A stretch of 64,000 bases of DNA from Octopus sinensis (Eukaryota): contig NC_043003.1 in NCBI RefSeq assembly GCF_006345805.1, positions 69,192,001-69,256,000 of the forward strand. The letters are read 5' to 3'. How positions within the stretch are numbered: the stretch's first letter is position 1; the number at the start of each line of letters is the position of its first letter. A program made the translations under genes and the position numbers. This document shows positions 52,630 to 64,000 of this stretch, piece after piece. The notes below the pieces were generated by a model. It had not been told where the DNA came from, made no database searches, and was given only the letters and a program-made list of their open reading frames with translations.

Positions 52630-52915
52630 CAACGAAAGAATAATCACATTCTCTTTCTCTCTCTCTCTCATTCTCTCTCTCTTTCTCATTTTTTATCTCT
52701 CTCACTCTTTCTCTCTCACTTTCTCCCTTCCTCTTTTTCTTTCTCTCTCCCTCTCTCCCTCTTTTTCTTTCTCTCTCTCTCTTCCTCTTTTTCTTTCTCT
52801 CACTTTCTCTCTCTCCCCCTTTCTCCTCCTCTTTTTATCTCTCTCTCTCTTCTCCTTTCCCCTTTCCCCTCTCTCACTCTTTCTCTTTTCATTTCTCTCT
52901 CTCTCTTTCTTCTAA
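52630..52915. repeat. (CT)-rich polypyrimidine tract
   Basis: Directly visible. Confidence 0.9.
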
Positions 52916-53018
52916 TATATAAGCGGCGTTTACCTCAGTAAGACATCATTATTCACTAGTCTAGGTTTGAGAGTTGTTCTTGTTGCTATGATTGTGGTTG
53001 TTATTGTTGTTGTTGTTA

Positions 53019-54266
53019 CTGTTCGGCCAAGGAGAGCCGAACACAGAGGGGACAATACAAAGTAGAATTTTTCTAATCGAAAGAGAGGAAAAAACGATCA
53101 AAAGGGATCGAAAGCGTTTGTGGCGTGTAACAACAAAAACAAAATGGCGTAAAAGTGTAAAAGAGGTTTATTCGTGGAAAGAAAAGCCTACGAAAAAGAC
53201 CGCGGTAACCTCAGGCAGAGAAAGTAACACATGAGAACAAAGAGCTCTCTCTATTTCTCTCTCTTTCTCTCTTTCTCTCCCTCTCTCCCTCTCTTTCTCT
53301 CTCTTTCTTGGATTTACAGCAACATGCTCAAAGTGGTTTCGTCACTCGCACGTACCATCTTTGCTAAATTCACCCACCATTTTTTGAAACTTTTATGAAA
53401 CAAAACTTCCCTCTCTATTCTCACCTTCCTTTTCAAGTGGTACTTGAAAAGGTTGATGAGCGACTGGCCAGAGAGGAAAATATTTCTCTCTAAACCTTTC
53501 GCAAGAGTCCACCACACACATTCTTTCACCATAGCCACCAGTACAATGAAAACTGCCTGGCCTTCCTGGTTAATGGAAGGTGGCGGAGCAATGTTCACGA
53601 TAGACTCGGCCGATAACCGAATTCGTCCCACACGCTACAGCAGCTGTTCTACATAAGACCACAGGTCTGAAATGGTTGGGCATTGCACGAGTGAGTGCAG
53701 AACGGTTTCGTCGCTCTGACCGCATCTCGGGCAAGTCGGTCCGGTGTATCTCGAACCGTGCCTGTAGAGCTTATCACGAACGGGCAATGCTTCCCGATAG
53801 CACTGCCAGGCCAGGGACTTCTGGTGATCATCCGTAGGTCCCGGCCCGAAAGTTGTCCTGAACAGGCGAGGCAGGTGTTCCCCATCGACGCCCATATTCT
53901 CCTCAAGAACGTCGTCGCAGCTCCTCTCCATTAATCCTCTATAGAACGACTTTGTGGAATAGAAGTCGCACAAGTTTGGTCTCAGACAGCAGAGTTGCTT
54001 GAGAGCAAGGCGGCACTCGCAGTGTCATTCACCTAACCTCGGTCTCTGTTTGATCCATGACTGCAGTGCGGCCAAAGAGAGGAGCTACGGAAAAGCACGC
54101 CTCACAAACGGCGACCACACCCGTTCACCGTCGTCTATGATGCGCCGGAGCTGTAGTCTCAGCTCATGTCTACGCATCATAAACCACGTCATGACCAGCA
54201 CTCCATTTAGCGGATTAGGGTTAGAGCAAATGGATCACCTAACCATCGGAACGCTTCCCAGGCACA
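53019..54266 (-). mobile_element. 5'-truncated Tx1/L1-group LINE, copy 1
   Basis: WQCYREALPVRDKL..CPRCGQSDETVLHSLVQC (zf-RVT/CCHC); VAMVKECVWW; 3' UTR ends with the stem TGTTCGGC/GCCGAACA next to (AAC)n. Confidence 0.88.
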
Positions 54267-54267
54267 C

Positions 54268-54555
<288 letters not shown>

Positions 54556-56075
54556 TTATTAGCCACGCAGAGGCGAACACAGAGAAGACAATGTAGAATT
54601 TTGTTTTTTCGAAAACGATCAAAAGTGATCGAAAACGTTTTGGGAAGTGTCCAGAAGGAGATAGCAAAGTGTCGTTTTAACAATTAGAGTTCCCAAAAGG
54701 GGGAGTAAATGTAATACTGACTAGGGTTATCCGTGAAAAAAAAACCTACGTAAAAAAAACTTCGGAAAAGAAAAACATGAGAGCAAAGCGCTCTTTCATT
54801 GTTTTATAGGTTCATACTCAAGGTGGTTCCGTCAACCACGCGTACCAGCCTTGCTATATTTACCCAGCTTTTGTTAAACTTTCATTAGACAAAACTTCCC
54901 TCTCTATTCTCACCTTCCTTTTCAAGTTGGCCAGAGAGGAAAGTATTTGTCGCTAAACATTTTAAATGAGTCCACCATGCACATTCTTTCACAATAGCCA
55001 CTAGTACGATCAAAACTACCTTGCCTTCCCTATTAAAGGTAGGTAGCGGGGCAATATTTACGATAAACTCGGCGGATAACCGGACTCGTCCCACACGTGA
55101 CAGCAGCCGTTCGACACAGGCCCACTGATCTGAAATATATGGACATTGCACGAGTGTGTACAGAACGGTTTCGTCGTTCTGACCGCATCTCGGGCAAGTC
55201 GTGTGTCTTGAACCGTATCTGTAAACCTTATCTCGAACGGGCAATGCTTCCCGATAGCACTGCCAGGCCAGAGATCTCTAGAAATAGTCCCTAGTTCCTA
55301 GCCCGAAACTGGTCCTGAAGAGGCGGGTCATGTATTCCTCGTCAACGCCCAAAGTTTCCCCAAGAACGTCGTCGCCCCTCCACTCCACTAGTCCTCTATA
55401 GAACGCCTTTGTAGAATTGAACCCAGATGGCAGAGCTGCTCGTGAGCTTGGCGACATTTGCAGTGCAATTTGCCCAGCTTCGGTCTCTCCTTGATCCATG
55501 ATTGCAGTTCGGTCAGAGAGATGAGCTGCGCAAAGCGCGTCTTAGAAAAGGCGACCACACCTGTTCATCGTCGTCTATGAAACGCTGAAGATGTTGCAGT
55601 CTCTGCGCATGTCCGCGCATCAACCACGGTATACCCAGCCCTCCATTTAGCAGTTGTTGACAGTAAATGGCTCGCCTGACCATCGGAAGCAGAAGAGGAT
55701 GCGTTCCAGTTTCATGATTGTAGGGTCGGAACAAGGCACGACGGTCAAGCGGTAGATGACGGATGCGATGTACGTATTCGCCACCTCAGCCCGATCTTTT
55801 AGAGATAGCTTCCTCTCGGCCTATAGCTGGGTGAGTAGTGGTCACACTACTTGTTATCTCATCCCAATTATTCTTCAATTGGAGGTCTGGACCGAACCAG
55901 ACCTCGAGCAATTTAACTGGTCCGTCGATCCAGTGTCCCACGATGGAGACACTGTTGGACGGCATGGGCTTGTTTCTCCAGGTGCCGAGCTGCAAGTCCA
56001 TTGACTTTTCCGTAGCTGTAAATGAGGGCCTCTGCAAGGGACTGGTACCTCGTTCAAAGGGAGCGTTGTGACCCC
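54556..56075 (-). mobile_element. 5'-truncated Tx1/L1-group LINE, copy 2
   Basis: GPVKLLEVWFG; RAIYCQQLLNGGLGIP; LPVRDKVY..CPRCGQNDETVLYTLVQC; 3' UTR homologous to copy 1. Confidence 0.88.
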
Positions 56076-56435
56076 CGGTCACTTATATGCCATAGAAACA
56101 GGGTAGCCGGTCTTATGACTCTTAAGGGTCAAAGCTACTTTTTATGAGGTGATAAGGTAGCGACCGACAAGTAATACGCGTGGCTACGTTGCTTGGAAGT
56201 TCACTTCGAAACCACATGATTCCGGGTCGCCCCCAGGACGTGAAACACTGCTTGAGTGCTTCCTACCATAATCTTGGTGTAATTAAAACATTTTGAGCGG
56301 ATTTGGTTGAAAGGAACTGTTTGGACACGTGTCATAACGTGTGTGCTTTTGTATGAGTGAGAGTACATGTGTGTGTGCGCGTGCATGCGTATGTGTGAAG
56401 GTGTATGTGTCTGGTTGTGTGAGTGTGTACATATA

Positions 56436-56634
56436 CTCTTTTACTTGTTTCAGTCATTTGACTGCGGCCATGCTGGAGCACCGCCTTTAGTCGAGCAAAT
56501 CTACCCCAGGACTTATTCTTTGTAAGTCTAGTACTTATTCTATTGGTCTCTTTTGCCGAACCGCTAAGTTACGGGGACGTAAACATACCAGCACTGGTTG
56601 TCATGTGATGCTGGAGAACAAACACGGGCACACA

Positions 56635-56702
<68 letters not shown>

Positions 56703-56865
56703 GGCGGGCTTCTTTCAGTTTCCGTCTACCAAATCCATTCACAAGGCTTTGGTCGGCCCGAGGTTATAGTAGAAGACACTTGCCCAAGGTGCCACGCAGT
56801 GGGACTGAACCCCGAACCATGTGGTTGGTAAGCAAGCTACTTACCACACAGCCACTCCTGCGCCT
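56436..56865 (-). mobile_element. Full-length family B SINE
   Basis: Closely similar to 23411-23866. Confidence 0.92.
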
Positions 56866-57264
56866 ATGTGTACGTGAAGCGGGGATGTTTGTCTCAGCAT
56901 AACTGAAACAAGTAAAAAAAAAAAAACAGAAGATAAAGACGAAGAGAAAATCATTGAAAAGGTTGCAAGCAGCAATGAAAGAGCCCTGACAAAACAAATA
57001 AATAAATGACTTAACGAAGCTACACGAACAATCGATTTGTTAGTTGGATATTTAAGCAATTGACTAATAATAAAGGAATCAAAATGAACCAGTGTGTTAA
57101 TGATATTGACATAATGACTCTCTCTAGACACAACAGAAGATAAAGATATGCTAAATCAACTACCCTGGCATCACTCAAATATGGATACCTTTAAAGGTAT
57201 TTGTATACATAATACAATTTAAACCTGAATTAATATTCATTTTTAAGTGTGTAATCTTCTACGT

Positions 57265-57615
57265 GTTTCAGTCATTGGACTGCAGCCATGCTGGGGTACC
57301 GCTTTGAAGGATGTAGTCGAACAAACCGATTCCAATTCTTTTTTAAGTCATTCTATCTATTTTTGACGAACTGTTAAGTGACGAGGAGATAAACAAACTA
57401 AAACTGGTTGTTAAGTGATAGTGGAGGCCAAACACAAACACAACAGCACATACACACATACATACATACACACATATATACATACATACACACATATATA
57501 CATGCATTGGTTGGCCCGAGGCTATAGGAAAAACACTTGCTCAAGATGCCATCGAGTTGAACTGATCTCGAAACGCTGTGGTTACAAAGCGCGCTTCTTA
57601 AACACCCAGCCATGT
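57265..57615 (-). mobile_element. Degenerate family B SINE
   Basis: TTTCAGTCATTGGACTGCAGCCATGCTGG tail and TTGGCCCGAGGCTATAG head pieces. Confidence 0.65.
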
Positions 57616-57892
57616 CTACTCATATTAAATATTAACACAAATTATGATGGGGTTACATTACTTATAATGCAAGGACAAAATTATTATCGTGAAAACTAAT
57701 AATCTTTGATGGAGATGTTTAGAACATACGGAATATACAATCCTGAAGCGAATATTGGATAATACAATGTAGAAACAAAAGAAAGGAGGTCTCATTCTAG
57801 AGTCGTTGGTCTAGGCATGACCTTCGGTTAAGCATCAAAAAGAACCTGACCTTGAATTAGTTACGAACTAATAAAACATCAAGGTCAACTGC

Positions 57893-57938
<46 letters not shown>

Positions 57939-58036
57939 ATATAAATTAATTAAGGGTAGAAATTGATATTTATCAATAAGACCAGTGGTCTAGCATATTA
58001 AAAAGAATCCGAAGATTAAAATATTTATATATACCA

Positions 58037-58221
58037 ATTAAGGACTGAACACGAAAAGTGGACAGTCAACATGCTAGATATAGACGTCAAATCGCCATTC
58101 ACCACAAAAGATTATGTTCTCAGATCAGTTTGATCTGAGAACATAATCTTTTGTGGTGAATGGCGATTTGACGTCTATATCTAGCATGTTGACTGTCCAC
58201 TTTTCGTGTTCAGTCCTTAAT
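58037..58221. repeat. Perfect 91-bp inverted repeat with 3-nt loop
   Basis: 58037-58127 is the exact reverse complement of 58131-58221; loop GTT. Confidence 0.95.
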
Positions 58222-58702
58222 GGTATATATATATATATATATATATTAATCATTACCTATAATCCAATAACACATATTAGCATGTAAATTGTAACAGGCA
58301 GAGATTAGCTATGAAACTTCTTTGAACATTATACTGTTGTGTACATCATACAACGAGTGAAATACCATTATTTGAATTTATGACTTACGACACCGTTGAA
58401 CATATATTACAGCTCATAACATTCGCATGTCATAGCCGTGTCGACAAGCTACAACTATTGGGACCGATAATACAAGAGATTGTCGACCGAATCAAAAACT
58501 GAAATGGGAAAATAGCTCTTTTTTCTTTCCAGATAAATATGGAGTGTAATGCCATGTTTCGTGTGTATTAAGATATTTATTGCTTTGTGCAATGCAATTG
58601 GTTTGTGTAATTTGCAAAAGATATAATGTAAAAGTATACATATCCTTTCACTAACACAGATTTGAACCCGCTTATGAAACTTCTCTCCACATATGCCTAC
58701 AA

Positions 58703-58920
58703 CCAGTGGCGGACTGGGCCTCAAAATATTGGTAGCCAGGAGAGTAAGGGGGCCCACCCGCAACTACAATGCTATCATTTATTTATTTATTTTTTTACAA
58801 ATATTCTTTACAACTGTCTACAAACACAGCCGTGTTGAAATAATGCATTCTTCCAGAAGAAGTGAGTTAAAAATTCTCAAACTTAAGAGATGGGCCCCTT
58901 CGATACTAACATGGGCCCCC
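58703..58920 (+). mobile_element. Possible hAT-type MITE remnant
   Basis: CAGTGGCGGACTGGG terminus with repeated GGGCCC motifs; no partner TIR found. Confidence 0.35.
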
Positions 58921-59289
58921 ATATATAGATTCTAAACATGCCATACATGTATTTTTTCTATTAATGTGTCTTTGTATGTTGAGTATTTTGGATGCCAACA
59001 ATTCCAGAATGTTGTGTTCATTACAACTTCTAAGTTCGTGTGCACTAGATGCATGATTTTTTTTGTCATGATCTAACAACGCCTCCGGGATTTCCCTTGT
59101 GACGCCTCATCAGAATGCATGAAGGGATTCTATACAAATATGTTTTCTGAGTTATCGCATCATGAATTCCATTTGGGATAATAATGTTGTTTTAGTTCCA
59201 ATCTGTTATTTTATCAGTTTTTAACAATTTTTATATTTTGTGGTACGTTTACAAGATTTTCATGTTCTGTCGTTGGCTCTTGTGTAAGA

Positions 59290-59302
59290 ATCATGATGAC
59301 GA

Positions 59303-59333
<31 letters not shown>

Positions 59334-59600
59334 AATGGTGGTGGTGGTGGTGGTGGTGGCGATGGCGATGATGGTGGTGGTGTGCTGCTGGTGCGGGTGC
59401 TGCTGGTGCAGATGCTGGTGCGGTTGTGGTGGTTGTGTTGGTGATGATGGTGGGGATGATGATGATGATGATGATGAAAGTGGTGGTGGTGGTGGTAGTA
59501 GTTTTGGCGGTGGGGGGGTGGCGGCGGCGGTGGTGGGGGGTGGCGGCGGCGGGGGGGGTGATGAGGGGGGATTTTCATGATGATGATAATGACGATTATG
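59290..59600. repeat. Compound (GAT)/(GGT)/(GCT)/(GGC) triplet tract
   Basis: Directly visible. Confidence 0.9.
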
Positions 59601-59789
59601 ATTTTTTGGTGTTGCTACCATTTCTACTGTTACTAACGCAACCATTACTGCTTTTGATATCATTTCTGACTATGTTGCTTTTGTGGCGACTTTCTTTGGA
59701 GAAAGGGATATTCCCATGACCTTTGTATGTGTGCAAGTCCCTATGCACATATACATATATATACATATATATATGTATATATAAGAAAA

Positions 59790-60258
59790 ACACCGAGTGC
59801 TCCATTTCTTGTCCGGCTGCAATCATCGGCTGAGTGCCGTGCTTCGCCGAGATTTCGGCCCATTAAGCTCAGCATCTCTCCACACGATGGGCCCACAACA
59901 GCTGGATGTATTGCGTTGCAACCGGACTCATGCCAGTTCTGTGGGCTTATACGCTTTCAGAAACCTCCTGGTAATCCAAGCACTACCCTCAACTGCTGTC
60001 TCCCCACATTCCTTGATGATTCTCCTCGCAGCAGATACACCAGCCACCTTCAGAAACATTCTGAGAGAAGCTACTGGGAAACTTCTGCAGCCAGCCTCGA
60101 AGGCAAACAGCTTACAGATGCAACCTTTCTCCCGAATCTCAGCTCCCAACAGCTTCCGCTCATGGCCTCAGCAATGCTCTCCACCCATGGTACAGTCGGC
60201 TCCCCAGGGACCACACTGACCTTCATCTACCAAAACCAGGACAGGCCGGAGTGCTAAT
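59790..60258 (-). mobile_element. 3' fragment of a Hero-like retrotransposon (RLE plus 3' UTR)
   Basis: LRPVLVLVDEG..EPTVPWVESIAEAHERKL..GAEIREKG..FEAGCRSF..RRIIKECGETAVEGSAWI, reconstructed across frameshifts; PD..E.TVPWE..HERK is the Hero RLE signature. Confidence 0.8.
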
Positions 60259-60410
60259 ACCAGGTTTAAGAGTGATTGATTCCTTTCAGTAACTGTCAAC
60301 ATAAGGAAGTGTTCAAGCCATTTCAGGCAATGGCTTGAACACCTCCCATTTTCTGTCTTCGGCCTGCCGAGGGTTCTGTGTCTTTGGCATCACACCTTGC
60401 TTCACAAATG

Positions 60411-60461
<51 letters not shown>

Positions 60462-60768
60462 CATACATATATGCATATATATACATATACACGAATATAT
60501 ACACGTATATATACACACACACATATTATGTGTGAGTGTGTGTTTAGATAGAGAGAAAGAGAGAAAATCAAAGCACCTCACGGAATATCGATTGTAATTT
60601 TCTTGCGATTCAATCCATAGGATTGTGCTTGAGTGTTGAAATAAGGAACACACTGCCCCACCCTCTTTCTTAACAAGATATGTGACCACACGCTAGTGTG
60701 TCCTGTCTTGGGTAGCGGTAATCCATGTACAGCTGAGCAACACTATATAGGTAGCATGTACTTCAATA

Positions 60769-60840
<72 letters not shown>

Positions 60841-61246
60841 ATATTGTGTCGTATAGTCAGCTGGAAACGTCGTTTCCTGGGGCTAAATAACAATAACAAT
60901 CATCCTCTTCCAGGAGAACCACATTATGTTGACAAAGTCTTTACTTTAAAGAAATGTTACTAAATATCTCTTTGAGAGATTTAGAAAGAATAATGTTTCT
61001 ATTTACACACATATATATACACACACATATATCATGAGATTTATGTAAATGTGTGTGTGTGTATGAATTTATAAAACAAGAATTTTTTCTGTGTTAGTAA
61101 CAGCTGTTAGTTACTGAGTTTCCCTTATACAAATTACTTAAATATTATATAGATATGATACAGCAGTAGCTGTGTACTCACATAGCGTCAGGTGAGTGGG
61201 GCTGAGAGATGATATATTATGTATATATATAAATATATGTGTGGGG

Positions 61247-61325
<79 letters not shown>

Positions 61326-61767
61326 CGAATGGTTTACACCTGGTAACTTACTGGTAAATCACGGTAACTTTTAAAAGTATTTATTAAATTAGCCGGTTTC
61401 ACTTATTTAAAAAGATTTTCAAAAGTAAAGTGTGAAGTTTTGTGTATTCTCTCTGGTGTCAAAAATTAATTTATAAAAATGTATTCAAAACAAGCGATAG
61501 AGGCTTTGACAATGATCAGAAAAGCTTTGAGGCTTTGCGTATCCTCTGTGATGGGTCAAAAAATAGTTCGCATGAATACATCTCGGTCAAGTAATACAGT
61601 CTTTGACAAGAAGATAAAATATGTGTATCCTCTGTGATGAGTCAAGAAATAGTTCGCAGAGTATACACATATTGTATCTTCTTGTCAAACATCCAATGTT
61701 ACTTTGTCACATATATATATGTATGTATGTATGTAAGTATGTATGTATGTATGTATGTATGTATGTA

Positions 61768-61845
<78 letters not shown>

Positions 61846-62877
61846 CATACATACATAACATCTCTCCGAATGGCGAGTTCCTCAAATTTATAATGTCAAA
61901 CCATATCCCGAAAAATGTGTAAATTTCGATTAGCACAGTAATATTTTTAAACATCGCATTGAAAATGGGTCTGCTATCTTCCCAAGCATTTTAGTTCTAG
62001 AAATAAGAAAATGGGTACGCATTATATATTGATAAATGTGGTGTCATTTTTAAGTGGTGTGTATAAATCGCATTTCTCGGTTGCACCAAAATACAAGAGT
62101 TGACGATGACAAGAAAAGTTCTGATGTCAAAAGGAAGAGCAAAGTGATGATAAATAGAATGTGACAAAAAGATATGAATGTGGTAAAAGCAAAACAACAT
62201 TAAGGCGAGATTTGTGAATGAAGCAACAGAGCGAACAAGAGAAAAACAGCTAGTTATAAGGAAAGAGCTAAAACAGCATGAACTGTAGGTACACAAACAT
62301 GGAGCGTTTGCCTTTATGAATGGGAGATTGCATCCAAAATAGAATCCCTCTATTCACAATGGTTAGCAAAATGAAAGGATTTCTAAAGGATCTTCTCTAT
62401 AATAGAAGTTATCAAAATAAGATTAGATTCTGGCCGGGACTAAAGAAATTTACTTTTCTAGCCCTTGTTGTTTTGACAGATTCAAATCTTGAATATGATC
62501 AAATAATATGCACAGTGGAGGCTGCAAGTGTGAACAATCTTGAAGCATCGATATATACCCTTGTTTTAAAAAGATAATCGAAGAAAAGTGTTATTGCGTT
62601 ATGACAACAAACAGGTGTTCAATGTTGATAGAAGAGTTACGTACTTGAAAAGAATAACTTCAGAAAATGTTTTATTGAAAAGAAAATAAAGTGTCAACCT
62701 TATATGTGAGCATGTGTGTGTGCATATAGATGTATATGCATGTATACGTGTGTGTATGTATGTATTATGTATGTATGTGTGTGTATGAGTGTATGTATGT
62801 GCACCGTAAATTGATTCGTTGTGTCGTTTCGTGAACAAAACCATCTCTATAAACAATGCGATCGGAGACAGAAAAAC

Positions 62878-62942
62878 AGGTTATGTGTGTATATGCACAT
62901 TTTGTGGGTTCTTGGTCTCTCATCAGCACCTAAGCAACCTAT
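62878..62942 (-). ncRNA. Degenerate type I hammerhead motif (left arm)
   Basis: GGTG-CTGATGA-GAGAC[CAAGAA]CCCAC-AAAA-TGTGCATA-TA-CAC; intact CUGAUGA, damaged stem II and G12. Confidence 0.5.
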
Positions 62943-63270
62943 CAACTGTCCACGAACGCATTGTTTAATTACCCATTAGGTTTAGTTATGTAACATAATT
63001 AGATAGACCAATTTGCATATCAAACATATTCCTGACAAATGGTACGTATATAATCTCTGTCAAGGTAACAGTATTTCGTTTTCTTGCCATAATATACTAT
63101 TAAGTATATTATTAGTTTATTAAGTCGATACTGTGTCTTGCCGTGTGTCAACAATACTTTAATTTCATTTGAAGTTACCAAGAATGTGTTTGATATGCAA
63201 ATTGATCTATCCAATTATGTTGCACAACTAAACCTCGCGAATATTTAAACAATGTGTTCGTAGATAGTTG

Positions 63271-63338
63271 ATAGGTTGGATGAGACGCTGATGTGAGGAC
63301 AAGAATCCTCGAAATATGCATATACACCCATTATCTAT
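63271..63338 (+). ncRNA. Degenerate type I hammerhead motif (right arm)
   Basis: CTGATGT-GAGGA[CAAGAA]TCCTC-GAAA-TATGCATA-TA-CACCCA; perfect 5-bp stem II, palindromic stem III ATATGCATAT, A9 changed to T. Confidence 0.55.
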
Positions 63339-63758
63339 TTTTCTATCCTCGATCGCATTATTTACACAGACGTGTTTGTTTACGAAACGTTCTAACTTAC
63401 AGTGCTGGCTTTGGTTTCTATAGAAAATCTAGAGACAACCTTAAAATGAAATTATAGCACTGTTAACACACAGAACTGACTTAATACTAAGAGGTGTATC
63501 ATGACAGCAATTAAATTAAGACCCGTAATTGTGTATTGTGCACAGATTGCAAAAGCTCTTCAAAGCAATAACCAACTATCTTAAACCAGTATTTTGGTTT
63601 TCTAGAAAGAACACACAAAAGACCAAAGTTCTTTTGATCACAAATAATCAACCGATTTTTGCACAATTAAAGAAAAGTATTTTAAAACAAAGAATCTTAC
63701 TTTGAAATTTTGATTGTTTCTAGCTAACACCTGAATGTCATCTATTTGTAATTAGTTG

Positions 63759-64000
63759 GGTGAGGGTGTCTGGCTTAGTGATTAGGGCATTCACCTCACG
63801 ATCGTAAGGTCATGAGTTGGGTTCTTGGCGATGTGCTGTGAGGTTGAGGAAGACATTTTATTTTACGTTGCTCCAGTTCGCTCGGTTGGCAAAAATGAGT
63901 AGTACCTGTAATTCAAAGGGCCAGCCTTGTGATATTCTGTGTCACACGGAGTCACCCTTAGTACTATGTTAAGGGTATGCATGTCTGTGGAGTACTCAGC
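63759..64000 (+). mobile_element. tRNA-derived SINE with CORE-like domain, running off the window
   Basis: TGGCTTAGTGATTAG A-box-like motif; TTTTACGTTGCTCCAGTTC..AAATGAGTAG; homologous to 26072. Confidence 0.7.

Larger units (their letters stand above)
62801..63406. mobile_element. ~600-bp element with ~220-bp imperfect inverted arms
   Basis: 62801-63030 mirrors 63180-63406 (for example AGGTTTAGTTATGTAACATAATTAGATAGACCAATTTGCATATCAAAC versus TGATATGCAAATTGATCTATCCAATTATGTTGCACAACTAAACCT); ~150-bp unrelated spacer. Confidence 0.85.

Noticed and set aside
59095-59125. CTGATGA on the minus strand at 59107-59113
   Set aside because: No stem II closing onto a GAAA.
59214-59719. Pro/His/Gly-rich ORFs resembling a transcription-factor low-complexity region
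   Set aside because: Open on both strands because of triplet repeats; no domain or credible splice context.
62320-62577. 85-aa ORF or candidate exon after a TTTTGACAG acceptor
   Set aside because: No recognisable domain and no clear donor site; it could be TE debris.

Overview
AT-rich, microsatellite-saturated animal genomic DNA with no recognisable host gene exon, so probably intronic or intergenic. The SINE families resemble those of coleoid cephalopods such as Octopus (inferred from recall, not from a search). Almost all long ORFs in the supplied track are microsatellite artefacts. The real coding signal comes from decayed transposons: a near-full-length Hero-like RLE retrotransposon with its endonuclease deleted (7.6-10.8 kb), a Charlie/SPIN-like hAT transposase (16.4-18.5 kb), fragments of R4-, CRE-, CR1- and Tx1-type LINEs, mariner/Tc1 remnants, a Penelope-like GIY-YIG fragment, DINE-1/HINE-like elements, MITEs and many tRNA-derived SINEs. 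The most notable observations are: (1) five type I hammerhead-ribozyme-like motifs in four small elements of three architectures (tRNA-headed SINE; mini-elements inserted in microsatellites; a ~600 bp inverted-repeat element with one outward-facing hammerhead per arm); (2) a mechanistically exact hAT hairpin footprint where the hAT element is truncated; (3) a perfect 91-bp fold-back with a 3-nt loop. All family assignments are by eye, with no database searches or folding runs.
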